Positions 29,235-38,953 are shown, numbered from the stretch's first letter. The stretch: DNA of 64,000 nt from Bacteroidaceae bacterium (GCA_963623075.1 CAVFJZ010000005.1:7713-71712); one strand, 5' to 3'. A program made the numbers and translations. Notes: generated from the letters alone by a model not told the origin.

Positions 29235-29566
29235 CTCAGATGACAATTGCACAACAGATCATTACCATTGTTTTATGTATCCTTGGAACCATGACCACAC
29301 GGTTTCTCCCCTTTTTGATTTTCAACGAAAAGCGCACCATTCCTCCCGTTATCCAATATCTTGGCAAACTTCTGCCGGCTGCTGTTTTCGGCCTGCTAGT
29401 AGTGTATTGTTTACGGAATGTCTCCGTACTGCAAGGGAATCATGGTCTACCGGAATTCATTGCAATTTTGGTTACCGGCGCTCTACATATCTGGAAACGG
29501 CAAATGCTTCTTTCTATTGCCGGCGGAACCATTTGCTATATGCTGCTCCTCCATTTTGTTTTCTAA
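29231..29566 (+). CDS. azlD: AzlD-family branched-chain amino-acid transport protein
   Basis: 111-aa hydrophobic protein. ATGA overlap with azlC at 29231. Confidence 0.8.
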   Translation: MTQMTIAQQIITIVLCILGTMTTRFLPFLIFNEKRTIPPVIQYLGKLLPAAVFGLLVVYCLRNVSVLQGNHGLPEFIAILVTGALHIWKRQMLLSIAGGTICYMLLLHFVF

Positions 29567-29605
29567 AAAATATACTGTCCAAGGTAGCCCCTCATATGAC
29601 AGGTT

Positions 29606-29797
29606 TCACATTTTAAGAGAGAACAGCGTGGCGGAAGTCACGCTGTTCACAAGATCATGCAGCACGGCGGGCGTCAGTTCCTGCAAGTCGGGATATTTCT
29701 TCGCCCGGAGGATGAACTGCTTAATGCTGTCGGCTTCGTCCTCCTGCCGGTGCAGAGGGAGACATCCCTTCGTCAGCGACTCCACAGCACAGATACA
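29606..29797 (-). pseudogene. Remnant of a second large serine recombinase (DUF4368-like C-terminal about 60 codons)
   Basis: The minus-strand frame reads ...EDEADSIKQFILRAKKYPDLQELTPAVLHDLVNSV. This parallels SFLGMVRKYTDITELTAEIIRSFVEKIEV of the 21000-21662 fragment. It is followed by the hairpin GAACAGCGTG-8nt-CACGCTGTTC. Confidence 0.5.
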
Positions 29798-30044
29798 TTA
29801 TTTACTTGCCGACGGTATATCAGAAACATATGTTTGAGTCAATAGTTTTAGCAAAAAAGGCCTGAATTTGCAGCGAGTTTCTGAGATGACGAGGAAAGGA
29901 AGAATGCGATTTGAGAGAATAGCAAGCAAATCCGACGGATACCCACACCGGAGAAACAGAGCGTTCCGGCTGACTGCCAAAACGCTCTGTTTTCATTTTT
30001 GGGATAGTCCCAAACCCTTATTTTCGTGAAAAGATTGTAGAAGC

Positions 30045-30833
30045 TCACCAGCTATACTCTGATAACTGGAATGTGTAGGATTCGCCGGGAGTAATGTCAT
30101 AAATCACAACAGAGTCATCCTTGAACTTATCTCCAGCGCTCAGAGAAGATAGGTATATATTACCGGAGTCTACCAGATAACCCGCACTATCATACAGCTT
30201 ATAACTAATCATGTCATACCCGGAATCACTGCTCCCACTCTTCTTTTCTCCGGTAATTGTAATGGTCAACTGCGGAGAATAGTCTTTGTCAAATTCAAAT
30301 TCAGCTCCTTGAATTTGAATCACAGATGCCGTGCCGCCCATGAAGTCCTTCACCTTCAGATCCAGCGGAAATGAATCAAACGTCACTTGAACATCCTCAA
30401 TAGGCAAGCAATACAGGGCATCGCAGTTTACTTCATCAAACCGAACCACGTTTTCCTTGTACACGGTGAAATAAACCTTCCCACTTGCGGACGTTCCGGC
30501 TCTGATCTCAGCGGCAGGGATTCTCACATTGGCAAGATACTGCTCTCCGGCAGCTTGGCTGGTATAATAGCTGAAATCATCAGTAGAAACGGACTTTGTA
30601 CCAGTATAAACCTCTTCATCTTCATCATTTACGATTCGAATGTCGACATCGACATCGGCTGACAGTGGCTTATCATTTTTATCCGCCAAGCCAAAGAAAA
30701 GGCTGTAATCACTTGTTCGCTCGTTATACTGAAAAGACCAGCTTTTCAGTGTTTCAGCACGGGATGCCGACGATCCGCACCCACTTAACAAAAATGCAAT
30801 TACAAGTCCCCACATAAGAAAGAATCGTTTCAT
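30045..30833 (-). CDS. Lipoprotein of unknown function (beta-rich)
   Basis: Signal peptide with lipobox (AFLLSGCGSS). No recognisable catalytic motif. Confidence 0.7.
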   Translation of the reverse strand: MKRFFLMWGLVIAFLLSGCGSSASRAETLKSWSFQYNERTSDYSLFFGLADKNDKPLSADVDVDIRIVNDEDEEVYTGTKSVSTDDFSYYTSQAAGEQYLANVRIPAAEIRAGTSASGKVYFTVYKENVVRFDEVNCDALYCLPIEDVQVTFDSFPLDLKVKDFMGGTASVIQIQGAEFEFDKDYSPQLTITITGEKKSGSSDSGYDMISYKLYDSAGYLVDSGNIYLSSLSAGDKFKDDSVVIYDITPGESYTFQLSEYSW

Positions 30834-31743
30834 TTCCGGTTTTTACATAGCGGTAGACCTCGGCACCGAACGAAACACTGTCACCAACGGCGTACTCTTC
30901 AAAGCCGGATTTGTCCATCCAGACGTGATCCTCTTTATCATCAAACATTGTCCCATCGGTGTACATTCCACTAATGAAGACCCGCTTGAAGCAAATATGT
31001 TTTGGCTTGACTTTCTCAATCTGTCCTTTGAAATGAGACATAACCGCATTGAAAAAGCAGTTTGCAAAGGACAGACGGTGTTTCTTACCCAACGACGCGA
31101 ATTGAACGTCGAGATAATCATTGTAGGAGAATTTCTCTGCTCCAGCAACATTACGCTGGGAAGCTGGATCGAAAAGGATTATCCCACCTTCATCTAATAC
31201 ACGATCCTTTTCTCCATAGTAGAGTGCCAAAAGAGATTCTTCATCTGGATACTTGGCAATCAGCGCGGCTGATTTTTTGAGCCGCTCCTGCCGCTTTTGC
31301 CGTTCACAGCGTTCGCGCTCCTGCTGCTCCGCAAGGATGCGATCCTCTATATGTCTACTTTCGTCTTTTGTCAGCAACGGCGATACATGGTCAATGCAAT
31401 CGTAATCTCCATTTTCCATGCGCGTTTTGAAGCGGGCAAGTATCTCTTTCAGCTCCTGAGCAGACAAATACCTCGCCTTGTCAATAGAGCAGCTATGATA
31501 GCAACCCGTGATTATGTTGCCACGCCCATCACCATACATAATGGCGGTATTCCATGGGCAAAAATAATGCTCTTTCTGGACGAGCCTTCCTCGTTTCAAG
31601 CCCTCCTCAAATTCCGGAAAGACAGCTGGATTGCCACAGCCTTCGTGATCCTCCACCCAAAATCCGGAAGGACCCTTGTCCACGTGTCGGATCATCACAT
31701 TGATTGCATCGACCGTAGCCTTTTTCATTTGCCTGTTATTCAT
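30754..31743 (-). CDS. Hypothetical 329-aa protein (Cys/His-rich N-domain, charged coiled coil, C-terminal beta domain)
   Basis: The ATG at 31743 is preceded by GGAGG. The ORF overlaps the lipoprotein start by 80 nt. No family recognised. Confidence 0.65.
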   Translation of the reverse strand: MNNRQMKKATVDAINVMIRHVDKGPSGFWVEDHEGCGNPAVFPEFEEGLKRGRLVQKEHYFCPWNTAIMYGDGRGNIITGCYHSCSIDKARYLSAQELKEILARFKTRMENGDYDCIDHVSPLLTKDESRHIEDRILAEQQERERCERQKRQERLKKSAALIAKYPDEESLLALYYGEKDRVLDEGGIILFDPASQRNVAGAEKFSYNDYLDVQFASLGKKHRLSFANCFFNAVMSHFKGQIEKVKPKHICFKRVFISGMYTDGTMFDDKEDHVWMDKSGFEEYAVGDSVSFGAEVYRYVKTGNETILSYVGTCNCIFVKWVRIVGIPC

Positions 31744-32265
31744 AACCAAAACCTCCGTTAATAAGTGCCGCCAGACAGCGACCTGACATATTAACATGGG
31801 CTTTTAGAGTATCTATGAAAATTATAGCATGTTTCTTTGTACTTGCCCATCCTACTTGCTTAGTCAGACAAGCAAAAACAGCTTTCAAATATTCAGAGGG
31901 ACAAAATTATCGTTTCAGCAAACTTCTTTCTTATCCTCACAAGGTTTGGTTTAAGTGAGGGATTTCTGACTACTTTTCTGAAAGATGACATCTCAAAAAT
32001 ACCCTTATGAAACAGGCCGAAAATCGGTATTTAACTGACGTATGAGCTGTACTTGTGCAAAGGCATGGATGCATCATTGCCCCTGTTTTTTGCGTTGCTC
32101 ACAGGCAAGCTAATTCCGGATTATCGACCTTAAATCGTACAAAATCCATCCTATCCATCTACCATCAACAAAGGCAACTGCCATATTATTTGTTTTTCAA
32201 AACCTGTTTTATGGACAGCTACCCCGGCGGAGCCCCTTTTAGGAACGTCAACCGCTGTACATAAT

Positions 32266-32555
32266 TGCGCTCATTTTCCCTTAAAGGGGCTGGATTTGCG
32301 GCTTTTTGGACGGGCAAATGCGCTCATTTTAGGTATATTACCTGGAAATGAGCGCAAGCATTTTCTATATTGGAAATTTGTAAAAAAGCGAGAGGCTTTT
32401 CATTGCGCTCATTTTCCCTTGAACGGCTGGATTTGCGGCTTTTTGGGCAGGCAAATGCGCTCATTTTAGGTAGGTTACCTGGAAATGAGCGCAATTATTT
32501 TCCATATTAGAAATTTGTAAAAAGCGAGAGGCTTTTCATTGCGCTCATTTTCTGC
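32266..32555. repeat. Tandem repeat of about 137 bp (2 full units plus a partial third) carrying 5 direct and 2 inverted GCGCTCATTT motifs
   Basis: Unit starts at 32266, 32404 and 32540. Motifs at 32267, 32320, 32405, 32457 and 32541 (direct), and 32346 and 32483 (inverted). Confidence 0.85.
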
Positions 32556-32653
32556 ATTAGAAATTACAGCAAAGAGGCCCCCTTTTATTACAGGCACGCT
32601 ACGGGCACACTACCCATAAGAAGTAGAAAATGAAACGCCGGAACTATGACAAG

Positions 32654-33214
32654 TTAGGTAAACTTCTTGCCGGAAGACCATGCATCGCCAACTTTGTTGC
32701 CTATTACATGGTAAGCATTGTTGAACGGGTCAAAAGTGATAGGAGCCACTTTGCTGACATCCACCTTGTCCTCTGTCAGAACAGATTCATCAACGCTGAC
32801 ATTGACAATTTCACCTTTCATAATGCAGGTTTCCGAATCATAAGAAACCAGCTTGCACTCCATGCAGACAGCCAATTCATTGATGATTGGTGCATCTACA
32901 TGACAGCTCTTGGTGACAGTCATGCCTGCTATTTCCAACTTATTTTTTATCTTATTACCGGTGGCAATGCCAAAATAGTCACACTCGGCCACATGCCCGG
33001 CATCCGCCATACTAACGGTAAATGCGTTTTTCTTTAAAATGTTCTTTGTTGACTTATGGTTTGGAGAAATACACATGGTTACTTCCGTTGCGCCGCTGAT
33101 ACCACACCAGGCAGCATTCATGGCACAAGGGATGTCATTTTCATCATATGAGGCGATGATAAATACCGGTTGCGGGAAGCTATACGGTTTTGCTCCAAAG
33201 TCTTTTCTACTCAT
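32654..33214 (-). CDS. Flavin reductase family protein (FMN-binding split barrel)
   Basis: 186 aa. FPQPVFIIASYDENDIPCAMNAAW is typical of the flavin reductase-like domain. Confidence 0.85.
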   Translation of the reverse strand: MSRKDFGAKPYSFPQPVFIIASYDENDIPCAMNAAWCGISGATEVTMCISPNHKSTKNILKKNAFTVSMADAGHVAECDYFGIATGNKIKNKLEIAGMTVTKSCHVDAPIINELAVCMECKLVSYDSETCIMKGEIVNVSVDESVLTEDKVDVSKVAPITFDPFNNAYHVIGNKVGDAWSSGKKFT

Positions 33215-33245
33215 TTTTATATCCTCCTTTGTTTTAACAACAGTA

Positions 33246-34448
33246 TCAATTAATTGTAATCAATTCGTCAGAAAGCTCTGTGCCGCAGGGAAGGATGCGC
33301 GGAGTAGCAAGGTTATAAAGGTTGGTTGCACGGCATTCGTAGTCAAATACCTGCCTGGCATCCGAGCTAAGTGTACTAATTTGAGCGGATTTGGTAACAA
33401 CGGGAAGACTGGCCGTCTGTTTGGCTACTTTCAGTATTTCCCGGCCGCGTTCGTTGAAGCCGAGGACGCGGATATACGGCACTTCTAATTGATTTACATC
33501 CGCTGTTAAACCAAGGTAAAGTGCCGTTATGATGCGGCGGATCCGGGAATGGGTATACCGTTTGGTCTTAATAATGTCATACAGCTCTTCCAAAGAGGTA
33601 GCTGCTTGAATTGCATTGTAAATTCTGTTTTCCAGTCCTTCGCTGATATCCGGGGCCGCCGCAATGTCCTCGGCGGAAAGCATACGCAGCCGGGACAGGA
33701 TGGCTCGTTCGGATTCGTCCTGCACTACAGGGGCACGACCAACACGCTTTTGCTTTTCAAAGATTTCTATGGAAGCATCTGTCATGTAGTCATAGGCACT
33801 TTTGTCCCCGCGTTCCAAACGGATACGGAGTGCGGAAGCACTGGCAAATTCTCCGGTAATCTTTAGTGCATCGTGCTCCGCTCCGGAACGCGGCAACGGA
33901 CAAAAGTCCATTTTGGATTGCAGCTTCTGTAGTGCTTTTACATATTCCAAGCCTAAAATGTTATTCGGTCCATTTAAAAATGCGGCTTGCTCTGCACCAA
34001 GAAGGGCTTCCACCGCATTTGCTCTGGCAACCGGATAACTAATGCCACCCGCCAGCTCTTCTTTCATGCGCGCATCTGTTGCAGGGTTGCGGAGCGCCTG
34101 CTCTACCAGCAGAAATTGCTGCCGGTCCGTACTTTCAGCGCCAAACTGCAGCAAATCTACACAGCCAAGGGCATTTAGCACCGAAACGCCGCCATAGGCG
34201 AAGCGTTCCGCCGTGGCAACTGCCCACGGCACCGGCAGCTCTACCACTAAGTCTACGCCACCCTGCAAAGCCGCAGCGGCACGGCTGCGCTTGTCCATAA
34301 TGGCAACACTGCCCCGCTGCACAAAGTTTCCGCTCATTACCGCAACAACATGCGTAGCGCCGCCGCTGCGGCACAGTTCAATCATGGCTTCATGTCCCTT
34401 ATGGAATGGATTATATTCTGCAACAATTCCGGTTACTTTCATTTGCAC
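33246..34448 (-). CDS. tmcAL: tRNA(Met) cytidine acetate ligase (UPF0348/YlbM family nucleotidyltransferase)
   Basis: N-terminal GIVAEYNPFHKGH motif and about 400 aa. Confidence 0.85.
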   Translation of the reverse strand: MQMKVTGIVAEYNPFHKGHEAMIELCRSGGATHVVAVMSGNFVQRGSVAIMDKRSRAAAALQGGVDLVVELPVPWAVATAERFAYGGVSVLNALGCVDLLQFGAESTDRQQFLLVEQALRNPATDARMKEELAGGISYPVARANAVEALLGAEQAAFLNGPNNILGLEYVKALQKLQSKMDFCPLPRSGAEHDALKITGEFASASALRIRLERGDKSAYDYMTDASIEIFEKQKRVGRAPVVQDESERAILSRLRMLSAEDIAAAPDISEGLENRIYNAIQAATSLEELYDIIKTKRYTHSRIRRIITALYLGLTADVNQLEVPYIRVLGFNERGREILKVAKQTASLPVVTKSAQISTLSSDARQVFDYECRATNLYNLATPRILPCGTELSDELITIN

Positions 34449-34640
34449 AGGTACTCCTTTGCATTCAAATTTACTTTCTGTCTTCAGTGTACTCTATTTT
34501 GGTGGAAACTGCATCGCAAAAAAGCAACAAGATTGACAAGAAATAAACAGCAAGAACGCCTTGTTTTCAGCCCGTTTCCCCTTTTCTTACGCCCTCCGTT
34601 ATGTTAAAATCAATCGAATTTGAGATAAGGAGTTTTGAAA

Positions 34641-35837
34641 ATGATCATTTTGGTAATTAACTGTGGCAGCTCCTCTTTAAAGTATCAGCTGATCAACATG
34701 GAAGATGAATCTGTCATTGCTAAGGGCATTGTGGAACGCATTGGAATCAGCGGTGGCCACATTAGCAGCAAGACAGCAAGCGGAAAAGCAATAGAATATG
34801 ACAAGGAATTCCCGGATCATACTTCGGCTTTCCTGGAAGTAAAGAAAAACCTGACCGAAGGCGAAGTAAAAGTCATTGACTCTCTGGATGACATCAGTGC
34901 CATCGGTCACCGTATTGTTCAGGGTGGTGCCCTTTATAAGGAAAGCGTTCTGGTTACAGACGAAGTAGAAGCCGGCATTGAATCCCTGGTCGATTTAGCT
35001 CCGCTCCACAATGCGGCTCACCTGCAAGGCATTCGGGCGGCCAAGGCTGTTTTCGGCGAAAGCGTACCGCAGGTTGTTGTTTTTGACAACGCCTTCCACA
35101 GCACCATGCCGCCGAAAGCCTACATTTATCCGTTGCCATATGAATATTATGAAAAGTACCAGGTTCGCCGCTATGGCTTCCACGGTACCTCCCATCGTTT
35201 TGTCAGCGTTCGTCTTGCCAAACTTCATCCGGAATACAAGAAAGTTATTGTTTGCCACCTCGGCAACGGCTCTTCTCTTTCCGCAATCAAAAATGGAAAA
35301 GTCATTGACACCACTATGGGTCTGACCCCGCTGGACGGTTTCATCATGGGCTCCCGTTGCGGCGCCGTTGACCCGTCTGCCATTACTTATATTCAGTCTA
35401 AAGAAGGTCTGAATCCGGAAGAAACTTCCGACATGATGAACAAAAAATCCGGTCTCCTTGGTGTTTCCGGTGTTTCTTCCGATATGCGTGACGTAAAAGC
35501 CGCCGCACAGGCCGGCAATGAACGCGCTCAGCTGGCTCTTGACATCTTTGCTTACCAAATTGCCAAGCTGATTGGTTCTTATTATGTTGCCCTCGGTGGT
35601 TGTGATGCCATCTGCTTCACCGCAGGTATTGGTGAAAATGACTCTACTGCTCGCCTTTCCATCCTGAAACAACTGGAATGCCTTGGCATTTATGTGGATC
35701 AGGCAGTAAACAAGAGCATTCACGGAGAAGAGGCTAAAATTTCCACAGCAGATTCCAAAGTAGATCTTTATGTACTTCCAACCAATGAAGAACTGATGAT
35801 TGCTCGGGACACCAGAGATATTGTTGAAAAACTGTGA
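34641..35837 (+). CDS. ackA: Acetate kinase
   Basis: MIILVINCGSSSLKYQL N-terminus. GGAG lies 9 nt upstream of the ATG at 34641. Confidence 0.95.
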   Translation: MIILVINCGSSSLKYQLINMEDESVIAKGIVERIGISGGHISSKTASGKAIEYDKEFPDHTSAFLEVKKNLTEGEVKVIDSLDDISAIGHRIVQGGALYKESVLVTDEVEAGIESLVDLAPLHNAAHLQGIRAAKAVFGESVPQVVVFDNAFHSTMPPKAYIYPLPYEYYEKYQVRRYGFHGTSHRFVSVRLAKLHPEYKKVIVCHLGNGSSLSAIKNGKVIDTTMGLTPLDGFIMGSRCGAVDPSAITYIQSKEGLNPEETSDMMNKKSGLLGVSGVSSDMRDVKAAAQAGNERAQLALDIFAYQIAKLIGSYYVALGGCDAICFTAGIGENDSTARLSILKQLECLGIYVDQAVNKSIHGEEAKISTADSKVDLYVLPTNEELMIARDTRDIVEKL

Positions 35838-35947
35838 CAAAACAACAAACCTGTATACATTTGCCCAGAAATTGAGTATTATATAGTTGAGGATACACCC
35901 TATCCTTTCTGTGCAGGAGTTTCTTTCAGAAACTCAAAACGCAACGG

Positions 35948-35986
35948 GAAAGGAGCAACTTGGCGGAGTTGCTCCTTTCTTTTTTT
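35948..35986 (+). terminator. ackA rho-independent terminator
   Basis: GAAAGGAGCAACT-TGGCGG-AGTTGCTCCTTTC followed by TTTTTTT. Confidence 0.75.
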
Positions 35987-36341
35987 ATGTCCTTTTGCCC
36001 TCTTATGCCCGGTTAACAGCTCACTAAGCCAACACTTTTCCAATCCATTTTTTGTCAAATGTGCAACTGTTGGTTTGTCAGACGTGTCAAAAAGAAGGTC
36101 GTGTCTTCCCCTCTATTCCGTTCTCCACCAAGCAAAAGCGCCTATCTTTCGCCATTTTTAACCTATGCACCAAATTTCAAGGAAGCAGCGCACCCAGTCT
36201 CCTCCATATTTGTGCACGCCCCAATCTTCACAAATATTCGCACGTTTGTGCTTTCGTTATTTTCCACCCTACAGGAATTAATTAAAAAAGTATAATAACC
36301 CGGTCGAAAGACGAAGCATTTTACGCAAAGGAGCATTTCGT

Positions 36342-37472
36342 ATGAAAAAAATGACAAACCGAATTCTCAGTACCCTTTTAGTTCTTGTACTGATTCTTTC
36401 CTTCAGCACAGTCGGTCTGAGTTCGTTTGCAACCGCCGCAAACACACCATCCACCGCCTCTTGGTTTAATGACAACAAGATTGTATTAAAATCTGGGCAA
36501 TCAATTACCTACAACAAAGACGAAGATGTCATGAAGCAGGAAATCTTTGATACCGTTGTAGACCACGAGCAATCCGTCCTTCCAGAAAATACCAAGTGGG
36601 ACGACTTAAGTTATCTCATTGTGGACTCTGATGTCGGCACCACAACCGTTTACCTCTGCTATGGATATGACATCACTTCTTCTGAATCCGTTACAATTGA
36701 AATTACCAAAGCTTCCATGAAGGTAGATATTCCCTTCTTCAAGAGCATTTATTGTGACGAAAAGCTGTCCAATTACATAACTGTAGCCCCAGATGACGAC
36801 GCCATTTACGCCTATACCATCTTTGCCGGAATTAACAGCTCCGCCAATGTTGGGCTGTATGTAAACCTTCCCCAGCAGATTTCTTCGGTCATCGGCAACG
36901 AATACGTTGGCAAGGTTTGGTCATGGATTGATGACGATGGTTACACCTTGGAAGAACGTCTTGCCGAAGGCATGACCGTAAAGCAGTTCAAAGAATTCCT
37001 GAGCAATGAAACCTTCCTGGGTGCGCTGGAATTTGTCGGCGTGGATACCAGCGGATTCCGATCCGTTTTGAACGTTTTAAATAGCGATTTGGTTTCCTAC
37101 ATTATTGATGACTCCCGCGTTGCCATCGGAGTTCCTAACCGTGCCGGTGCCTATGCTGTAGTTGCCCTTGGTTCTGATAGCAATTATGAGACCGCCATGG
37201 ATTATGGCACTCTGGTTGTAAAGAAGCGTTGGGGTGCAACCCTTCAGTGGAAAGACAATGACCCAACCAAAGGCGCAATTGTAATGTACAACGGCACTGC
37301 CGGTCATATTCAGGACGGTGTAAAGGTTATTTACAGTGGTCTTACCTCTGCAAACAAACCTTATATTTCCACAAAAGCACCTACCGAAGCAGGCAAATAT
37401 GTTGCCTCTGCTTTCTTAGCTGGTGGTAACTACATGGCCCTGCCATTAGTTCAGTCCTTCACCATTTCCTAA
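36342..37472 (+). CDS. Secreted surface protein, paralogue A (MBG/Ig-like C-terminal region)
   Basis: Signal peptide MKKMTNRILSTLLVLVLILSFSTVGLSSFATA. The C-terminal half is closely similar to paralogue B. It ends with ...EAGKYVASAFLAGGNYMALPLVQSFTIS. Confidence 0.8.
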   Translation: MKKMTNRILSTLLVLVLILSFSTVGLSSFATAANTPSTASWFNDNKIVLKSGQSITYNKDEDVMKQEIFDTVVDHEQSVLPENTKWDDLSYLIVDSDVGTTTVYLCYGYDITSSESVTIEITKASMKVDIPFFKSIYCDEKLSNYITVAPDDDAIYAYTIFAGINSSANVGLYVNLPQQISSVIGNEYVGKVWSWIDDDGYTLEERLAEGMTVKQFKEFLSNETFLGALEFVGVDTSGFRSVLNVLNSDLVSYIIDDSRVAIGVPNRAGAYAVVALGSDSNYETAMDYGTLVVKKRWGATLQWKDNDPTKGAIVMYNGTAGHIQDGVKVIYSGLTSANKPYISTKAPTEAGKYVASAFLAGGNYMALPLVQSFTIS

Positions 37473-37813
37473 GGCCATAAAAGGCTAAAACCAACACTTT
37501 TCCAGTCTGTTTTTGGACAAATGTGCAAGTGTTGGTTTGTCAAGAAGGCCACCAAACAGACAGTTGTGATAACCAGGTACAGGCAGCCTAGTTTTTCACC
37601 CTTCAGAAATGGCTATCCTTTGCCCTTCTTTAAGCTTGTATTAAGGAAAACGAACAAGCAAAATCACAAAAATGGCATAACAGCGTGAGTCGTGGCTCTC
37701 ACAAATGCGCGCACATTTGTGTTTTCCCTGCTTTTGCCCTTATTTGAATTAGTTAAAAGACTATAATAAAGCTGTCAAAAGACGGACACACTTTACGCAA
37801 AGGAGCATTTCGT

Positions 37814-38953
37814 ATGAAAAAAATTACAAGAAGAATTATCAGCACAATTTTAGTTCTTGTACTGGTTCTTTCCTTCAACATTGTCGGTCTGAGTTCATTT
37901 GCAGCTTCTGCAAAGTCTGCATCTACGGCATCACTATCCATTGCAAAAATTGTATTAAAATCGAAGCAATCTATTGTCTACAATAAAGATAAGGATGTCA
38001 TGCTACAAGAAATTCTTGACACAGTAGTAGACAAAGACAGCTCTAATTTACCGGAAGATGTCTCTACCGATGACTTCACCTTCACTATGTTTGACCGCAA
38101 TGTAGGAGAAAACAAGCTATTTACCCTTACCTTTAAAGCAAGAGACGGGTATATGGCCACGACTGCATCCGGCACAGTAACCGTTACCAAAGCTACCATG
38201 ACAGTAGACGTTCCCTTCTTCAAGAGCGTTTACTGTGATGAAAAGCTTACTGATTATGTAACCGTAACTCCGGAAGATGACGACATTTACACTTATACCA
38301 TCTTTGCCGGTATTAACAGTTCTGCTGATGTTGGACTGTACGTTGACCTTCCGGAACAGGTTTCTTCCGTTATCAGCAACAAATTGGTTGCTGATGCATG
38401 GAAATTGATTGATAAGGACCACTACACTCTGGAAGAACGCCTTGCAGAAGGTATGACTGTAAAGCAATTCAAGGAATTCCTCAGCAACGAAGCTTTACTG
38501 AAAGCCTTAAATGTTCTGGGCGTTGACACTAGCGGATTTGAAGCTGTTTTAAAGATTTTGAATAGCGATTTAGTATCCACTGTTATTGATGGTTCCCGCA
38601 TTGCCATTGGCACTCCGAACCGTGCCGGCGCTTATGCTGTAGTTGCTGTCGGAACCGGCAAGAATTATGAAACCACACAGGATTATGGCACTCTGGTTGT
38701 AAAGAAGCGTTGGGGTGCAACCCTTCAGTGGAAAGACAATGACCCAACCAAAGGCGCAATTGTAATGTACAACGGCACTGCCGGTCATATTCAGGACGGT
38801 GTAAAGGTTATTTACAGTGGTCTTACCTCTGCAAACAAGCCTTACATCTCCACAACGGCTCCTACAGAAGCAGGCAAATACGTTGCTACTGCATTCTTAG
38901 TTGGTGGTAACTACATGGCACTGCCTTTAGTTCAGTCTTTCACCATTGCCTAA
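37814..38953 (+). CDS. Secreted surface protein, paralogue B
   Basis: Same architecture, leader and RBS (TTACGCAAAGGAGCATTTCGTATGAAAAAAAT) as paralogue A. Confidence 0.8.
   Translation: MKKITRRIISTILVLVLVLSFNIVGLSSFAASAKSASTASLSIAKIVLKSKQSIVYNKDKDVMLQEILDTVVDKDSSNLPEDVSTDDFTFTMFDRNVGENKLFTLTFKARDGYMATTASGTVTVTKATMTVDVPFFKSVYCDEKLTDYVTVTPEDDDIYTYTIFAGINSSADVGLYVDLPEQVSSVISNKLVADAWKLIDKDHYTLEERLAEGMTVKQFKEFLSNEALLKALNVLGVDTSGFEAVLKILNSDLVSTVIDGSRIAIGTPNRAGAYAVVAVGTGKNYETTQDYGTLVVKKRWGATLQWKDNDPTKGAIVMYNGTAGHIQDGVKVIYSGLTSANKPYISTTAPTEAGKYVATAFLVGGNYMALPLVQSFTIA

Noticed and set aside
32266-32555. Possible CRISPR array, because of regularly spaced GCGCTCATTT motifs.
   Set aside because: The sequence between the motifs is itself repeated from unit to unit, so there are no unique spacers. 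The period is about 137 bp, and no cas genes are in the window. It is a tandem duplication, reported as a repeat.
34079-34374. GC-rich ORFs on both strands inside tmcAL, with Ala/Pro/Arg-rich translations.
   Set aside because: They are off-frame and antisense reading frames of a locally GC-rich part of a well-supported gene.
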